Below are positions 57,665 through 64,000 of a stretch of DNA of 64,000 bases, in pieces; position 1 is the stretch's first letter, and each line of letters begins with the position of its first letter. The DNA is taken from assembly GCA_951406725.2 (NCBI GenBank), contig OX597818.1, forward strand, positions 83,018,001 to 83,082,000, read 5' to 3'. The position numbers and the translations under genes are program-made. This DNA comes from Octopus vulgaris (Eukaryota). The notes under the pieces are model-generated. The model saw only the letters and a program-made list of their open reading frames with translations, was not told where the DNA came from and made no database searches.

Positions 57665-58561
57665 GGCTAAATGGTAGGGGTTCTGTGATCATGAACATTT
57701 TCAGACATCAATTCCTGTGTTACTAGAGACGTGTGTGATAGTGCAGAATCTTACTTAAACACATATTACCTTCCACTGCATGCACTGCCTACCAAGGGTT
57801 TAACAATTATTTTCAGGACCATGGTGTAGGCGACAGAGGTAACTTCTAAGGCCTTGTGGAAAGAAGTAAGGAGGCATCACATGCTTACAACCCCCAAAAC
57901 CATGACGGTTGCTGGAAATTTTGTATGCATAACACATGGAACTTCACAAGGGTCTGCACATAACCATCTGTCATTTCTTTTGTTAACTTTTTGATATTTG
58001 TCGGAGTTTTTCTCGTTTGAGAAAAACCAAATCAAATCTTCTGCTAGATTTTTCAGTTTGTCTAAAAACCTTTTAGATCTGCTGTAGTGATTTCCTTTTA
58101 CTTTTTCTGACAAATTGACCTTTCCTCATTATATAAGACATATCTGATGCCTTTGTGGACAACATCTTCTGAGTGTTCCTTCTGACACATGGAGATCTTT
58201 TGCAATTAACCTCATTTATTTTCTGGCATTATAATAAATTGTCTGCTGAACTTACCGGATAAATTCTGGTGTTTTCAGCGTGCTTAGAATGCTTTTTTAT
58301 GCTTTGATACTGGTGATATGTTTCCATCTTCAGTGGTAACTTCTTACAAACTTTGTAGACAAAAGATCTGGCAACTTTTAAAAATCGAGATATTTCTAAA
58401 TCGCTATGCCCAGCCTTTATACCCACAATAATATCATGCCTCTTCGTTTCTTGAGTAAGCTGAGGGTCTACAATTATTACCTTCTGAAACAAAGATTATA
58501 CAGAGTTAGCAAAATATGTAGCAATGACCCAAAATATGTCTTCAAATACCGTACGCACCCT
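57665..58561 (-). mobile_element. Tc1/mariner DD37D (maT-type) relic, 5' TIR plus N-terminal three quarters
   Basis: TIR cagggtgcgtacggt; IIVGIKAGHSDLEISRFLKVARSFVYKV; IWFFSNEKN..NKRNDRWL..TKFPATVMVLGVVS; VMPPYFFPQGL; YVFK*DSALSHTS. Confidence 0.88.
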
Positions 58562-59077
58562 GTTGATATATTATATATATATATATTGGAAGGTTTGGAG
58601 ATGATGTACAGGTATTATATATTAGAAGAAATGAGGTAATCAGATCGGATGGTTCATATTTACAGATATTTATTTATATATTTTATTTTTTACATATATA
58701 TATCATATCATTCAGATCATTAGCGCTTTCTCCCATTCTAGTGGGGTTTTCAAATCAAAATAATTCCTTTGTGGGGAATTTTAATCATTTTATAGAGTTT
58801 CGTAGTGGTGGGGAGGAACAAGACAGCACAAGAGGGTGAAGTGGATGAGGAGGAAGTAAGAAAGAGAACATGTGTGTATGTGTGTGTGTGTGTCTGTGTG
58901 TGTGTGTCTGTGTGTGTGTGTGTGTGTGTGTGCGTTTGTATCTGAGGCTAAAGAGGAAGAGGGGAAGGGAGAGGGAAGAAGAAGAAGGAGTTCCTTTGGC
59001 CTGCTGGACCCCCAAAGGAGTTCTAAGAATTTTATCTTTCGTCCATTTTAGTGTCACTGAGTGTGTGTTGGTGTGTT

Positions 59078-59677
59078 TATAAACACACACAACCCTGGAG
59101 TTACCAACATCTTCCAAACCATACATTCAAACCTACCAATAGCCTTACAAAGCCCCAAAATGAAAAACATATTAAACAAATATAGCATAAAAACAGTAGA
59201 CGACAGGACAAAGACCTAAAGAAACACCTAACAAGAGCGAAATTCTCTTCAGAAACTAAAACGGAATTCTTTGCAAAAGAGTGCGGAGATGGTTGATATG
59301 GGATCTGCAGCAACCCCACCTACAAATACATAGAGGGTAACAGAAAGATGAGATTTAAAGATGGTGACATATTCAAAGTAAATGCAGATATGGACTGCAA
59401 GACGCAGAACGTCATATAATGCATAACCTGCCCCACGTTCAAGGAGAATTACGTAGGTGAAACTGGTAATTCTTTGTGCCAGCGAGCCAGGATTCACTGA
59501 CAATATATTCGGCAGGAAGAACTACGCAAAATACCACTAAGTACACACCTAGCTACATGTGGAGAAGGAAAATTTAAGATCTTTCCCTTCTACAAGTATC
59601 CGAAGAACGACACCTCTTTCAGGAGGAATATGGAAAAATATTTCATAGCTAAGTTCTCCCCCAAATTAAATGGCTGA
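59078..59677 (+). pseudogene. Penelope-like GIY-YIG endonuclease (ORF C-terminus), disrupted
   Basis: RRQDKDLKKHLTRAKF..ECGDG*YGIC..MDCKTQNVI*CITCPTFKENYVGETGNSLCQRARIH*QYI..EKYFIAKFSPKLNG*; the Cys-containing linker suggests the Neptune group. Confidence 0.9.
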
Positions 59678-59744
59678 AACTTTACTCAACATACATTGAA
59701 GGAAAAATTTTTCGATTTACAATATAATATAGTAGAACATTTAA

Positions 59745-59782
<38 letters not shown>

Positions 59783-59809
59783 TATATATATATATAGGTG
59801 TGTGTATAT

Positions 59810-60830
59810 ATATGTTTTGATGAAATGAAAGTAACTTATGGTGATGATGCCCTCATCATATGACCTTGTAAAACGCTGGCATCGTGAATTCAAACATGGT
59901 CAGAACTTTGTGGAAACAGCTCCCAGATCTGGTGGCCCCACTTCTGCCATTGATGAGGCATCTGTCCGTCAAGTTGAAGCTGCCATTTTGGATGATCGAC
60001 GCATAACTATTCGCCAAATACCCCATGAGGTCAAGATTAGTACCGGGTCTGTGGAAACTATCATTCATGACCATTTGCATATGCAAAATGTGTCTGCCAG
60101 ATGGATTCCCAGGTTGCTCATACCTTTCCAGAAGCAAGAACTCGTCGAGTGCTCCAGGATGAATTTGGAGATGAACCAAGAAGATGAGTCAAAATGTTTC
60201 AAAAGACTGATTACACAGGATGAAACCTGGGTCCATCGCTATGATCCAGAGACCAAAGCCCAGTTAATGCAGTGGACGCACCGTGACTCACCTCCAAAGA
60301 AGGCAAGGGTTCAGCCCTCCGTTGGCAAGGTCATGCTCACAGTCTTCTGGGGCCAGGACGGAGTAGTGATGACAGATTTCCTGGCAAAGGGTACCAAAAT
60401 TACAGGAGCCTATTGTGCTTCACTTTTGAGGAAATTAAGAGAAGCTATCAAAATCAAGAGGCAGAGCAAGATCAACAAAGACATCCTCCTCCTGCAGGAA
60501 AACGATCCAGACCAAAACTCGCGTGTCACCAGATCAGAAGCACAGGTGTGCAGCTATGAACTCCTCCCCCGTCCCCCCTACTCTCCTGACCTTGCACCCT
60601 CTGATTTTCACCTCTTCCCAGCCATGAAGTTGTTTTTGAAAGGAAAGCGTTTCCCAAAGGACCAAGCTGGGGTCTTCTACGAAAACGGTCTCCAGAGCTG
60701 CATCAAACGATGGCAGAAATGCGTAACTCTGAGTGATTCTTATGTAGACAAAGACTAATAATTATGCCAAGTTTCGTTGCTCTACTGCTAGGGAAGTGGG
60801 TCAAGGGCATTACTTATTGAACGCCCCTCG
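59810..60830 (+). mobile_element. 5'-truncated mariner (DD34D) nested in the Penelope-like element
   Basis: 3' TIR cattacttattgaacgcccctcg followed by TA; left end lost in (TA)n. Confidence 0.92.
59838..60758 (+). pseudogene. Mariner transposase ORF (306 aa), N-truncated, second catalytic motif degenerate
   Basis: ARWIPRLL, LITQDETW, KVMLTVFW, YSPDLAPSDFHLF present; expected QDNAPxH reads QENDPDQ. Confidence 0.9.
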
Positions 60831-61257
60831 TATATATATATATAGTGACATTGAAGGACGCATCTTTGGATTTACAATCTAATATAGTAGAACATTTAGT
60901 ATATGTCTGATTGTGTATATGTATATATATATATGTGTGTATGTATATATATATATTGCCTGTAATATACATTATATTATTATTTTTATTATTTACTTCC
61001 ATCTTTACTTTTTAATTGTCACTTTAATTTTAACTTTCCTATGATATACAATTTTCAAGATGGTGTAATTTGGTTGTTCATTTTGAACCGAGAAAAGGTT
61101 TTTTTTCCAAATATTTCATGTATAAGTCTGTGTATATATATGTAGTGGTATAAATATCAACCCAATTTTTTTTTTCTTCTCCCCTTCCTCCCTTATTTTT
61201 ATTTTTATTTTCCCTTTTCCCTTTTTGTTTCTCTCCCCTTCTCCAAACACACAGACA

Positions 61258-61308
<51 letters not shown>

Positions 61309-61860
61309 ACGGACACACAGAGACACACACACACACCTCCACAAAACGATCATACAAAGTAGAAAGAGTTCTTAGACACCAAATGGCATTTGACCATCCT
61401 CAAAATCATAAAAGGTGCAATTTATGGCCTGCCTACCCACCACAACACACTCAGTGACACTAAAGTGGACAAAAGCTAAAATTCTTAGAACTCCCTTGGG
61501 GGTCTAGTAGGCCAAAGGAAATCCTTCTTCTTCCCTCTCCCTTCCCCCTTTCTCTTTAGCCTCAGATACAAACGCACACACACACACACACACGCACATA
61601 TGTTCTCTCTCTTACTTCCTCCTCATCCACTTCACCCTCTTGTGCTGTCTTGTTCCTCCCCACCACTACGAAACTCTATAAAATGATTAAAATTCTCCAC
61701 AAAGGAATTATTTTGATTTGAAAACCCCACTAGAATGGGAGAAAGCGCTAATGATCTGAATGATATGATCTGAATGATATGATATATATATGTAAAAAAT
61801 GTAATATATAAATAAATATCTGTAAATATGAACCATCCGATCTTCTGATTACCTCATTTC

Positions 61861-61931
<71 letters not shown>

Positions 61932-62754
61932 ATGTCCCCTACACCATTACTCAACACACAAATGGGCGCTTATAAATAAATAAATATAAACACACATATA
62001 TATATGTTGAGTCATGGTGTTGGGGACATACTGGATTTTAATGGAAAAGAAAATACAATGCGGCATGGATTTAAATAATGCAGTGTAGACAGCTGACATT
62101 TCAGTCTCGATGGGATGATTACTATAAGTACACTTGTATAAAATGTGCAAACGTAAATAAATATATGACAATTCTTCATGGGAAAATATTACAATCATAT
62201 AAAACCACATTGAGAATTATAAATATCGTATTTAATGGTATATATATCACACATGTATAGAAGACGCTATCGCGTACTAATTGCATTTTATATAAGTCGA
62301 AATCGTGTACAAGGCACACTTTGTATATGTTGCACACGTGTACAGGGTGCACTGACGTATAAATTTCAACTTAACTTCAAGCGTGTAAGTTTCAACCTAG
62401 TTTAAGCCGTGTCATATGTACAAGTAGCACCTCAGGTATTTTCTTGTTTAAGGGAAGCTTAGAGTAATTCGACATTTACACATAATGTAAGTTGATATGA
62501 AAATTGTAAACAATCAAAATACAAAAAACACTTTCGTTTGTCGTTAAGCTGCAGGTAAGGCAGATGATTTTTTATATTGGCCACAAGGGTGCAGGATAAC
62601 ATGCAGGGCAGCATGAAACGAAGTGTTTTACTCAAGAATACAGCGTTCCTTCTTCGGCAGTAATCGAACGCATGATCTTGTGTTAGTGAGTGCAAAACCC
62701 CATTCACTAATCCACGGACCTTCACAGCTTTAATAGCAAGAATACATGATAGAA

Positions 62755-62965
62755 AGCAGGCAGCTGGAAGAATCGTTAGCACGCCAGCAAATTTCTTAGC
62801 GACTTTTCATCCGTCCTTATGTTTTGCGTTCATGTTTCGCTAAGGTCAGCTTTGCATTTCATCCTTTCGGGATCGATAAAATAGGTATCTGTTGAGCACT
62901 AGGGTCGATAAAACCGAGTTGTTACTTTCCTACGAAACTGCTGGCCATGAGCCAAAATTTGAAGT
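62755..62965 (+). mobile_element. Group A SINE, degraded
   Basis: cagctggaagaatcgttagcacgcc..tttgcatttcatcctttcgggatcgataaa. Confidence 0.8.
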
Positions 62966-63479
62966 CAATGATACATGGAAGAAAGAAGCAAGAAAATCCG
63001 AGAAAATTAGTGTTGGAAAGCAAAAAGAAATATTCGTAGAGTGAAATAAATCGTTATGCCGAGAGTAGGAACTCAAAGGTTTTAGGTGTAAATCTTGGGT
63101 TCCTACGTCTCTTTGGTAAAAGGTTTTCTTTGAATAATTAAATTTTGCTACTTCCGAGCACAATCGTTGGATAATAATTTATTCCGCTGTGAAGTAACAC
63201 ATGGCAGCTGACATAATCTGTTAAAATATATTGTGACATGAAACGCCATGCAGGTCGCAGGACGAGACGTACATTCTATGTGGATGTCCTAGCCATGGCT
63301 CTGTCGTCGCGGTTCGCGTTGCGAAAGCAGACATTGAGAGTCAATGTCTTCAGTCTTAGCTACGGGCCAACAAATGACTTTTGAGTGGAAGCTTGTTATA
63401 AATATCAGTGTACGTGTTTGTGTATTTACCTCTGTGTATGCATGCGTGTGTGTGTGTGTGTGTGTGTGCTCGTGTGTGT

Positions 63480-64000
63480 GTTTGTGTGTTTCTATTTGTG
63501 TTGATCCCCTTCTCACTGCTTGAGAACCAGTGTTACTTTGTTAACGTTACCGTAACAGAAGCGGTCCGGCCAATGAGACCGATAAAATAAGTACCAAAAA
63601 TAAAAGCAAACATAAAGGCGCAGGCGTGGCTGTGTGATAAGAATCTTTTTTCCCAACCATATGGTTCCAGGTTTCACTTCCACTGGCTGAAACCTTGAGC
63701 AAATGTCTTCTACTATAGACGAGGGCTGACTCAATCTCTGTGAGTAGATTTGTTAGAAGCAAAGTGAAAGAAACCCGTCACATATATGTATATCTATGTG
63801 TGTGTGTCTGTATCTGTCCGTCCCCATCACCGTTTGACAATCGGTGTTGGTGTGTTTATGTCCCTGTAACTTAGCTGTTCGGTAAAACAAACCGATAGAA
63901 TAAATTTCTAGGCTTAAAAATAAGATTGTTCGATTAAAATCCTTCAAGGTGTTGCTCCAGCATGGCTACATTTAAATGACTGAAAGAAATAAAAAAATGA
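63480..64000 (+). mobile_element. Group C SINE 3' fragment (63480-63605) followed by a full copy (63617-64000)
   Basis: Head ggcgcaggcgtggctgtgtgataag, internal (TG)n, tail cttcaaggtgttgctccagcatggc..aatgactgaaa. Confidence 0.85.

Larger units (their letters stand above)
58619..61868 (+). mobile_element. Penelope-like element: inverted truncated pseudo-LTR, 5'-truncated ORF and 3' pseudo-LTR, in (TA)n
   Basis: 58619-59072 is the reverse complement of about 61438-61868; GIY-YIG relic between them. Confidence 0.88.

Overview
AT-rich eukaryotic intergenic or intronic DNA dense in simple repeats. The SINE and microsatellite content looks like a coleoid cephalopod, probably Octopus (inference, not verified). 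I found no convincing host protein-coding exon, rRNA, functional tRNA or CRISPR array; most ORFs in the track are translations of microsatellites. The window is a transposon graveyard. It holds three tRNA-headed SINE groups (over 25 copies), two DD37D (maT) and three DD34D mariner relics, a hAT-type MITE, a 516-bp fold-back element, a decayed Ty3/Gypsy (Mag-like) element with nested insertions, three R4/Dong-like RLE retrotransposon 3' fragments in (TAA)n, a possible MULE fossil, and a Penelope-like element (GIY-YIG) with an inverted pseudo-LTR. The main find is a set of minimal type-I hammerhead ribozyme motifs in four elements that share no obvious sequence similarity, each ending at a (TA)n tract. 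Two of them (43.0-43.8 kb, 21.3-21.9 kb) are non-coding partial tandem repeats with a 475-484 bp period, which is retrozyme-like or Penelope pLTR-like architecture. Other notable items are a ~690-bp palindrome centred on (TA)n and repeated insertion of one SINE at GGTAT sites, including its own head.
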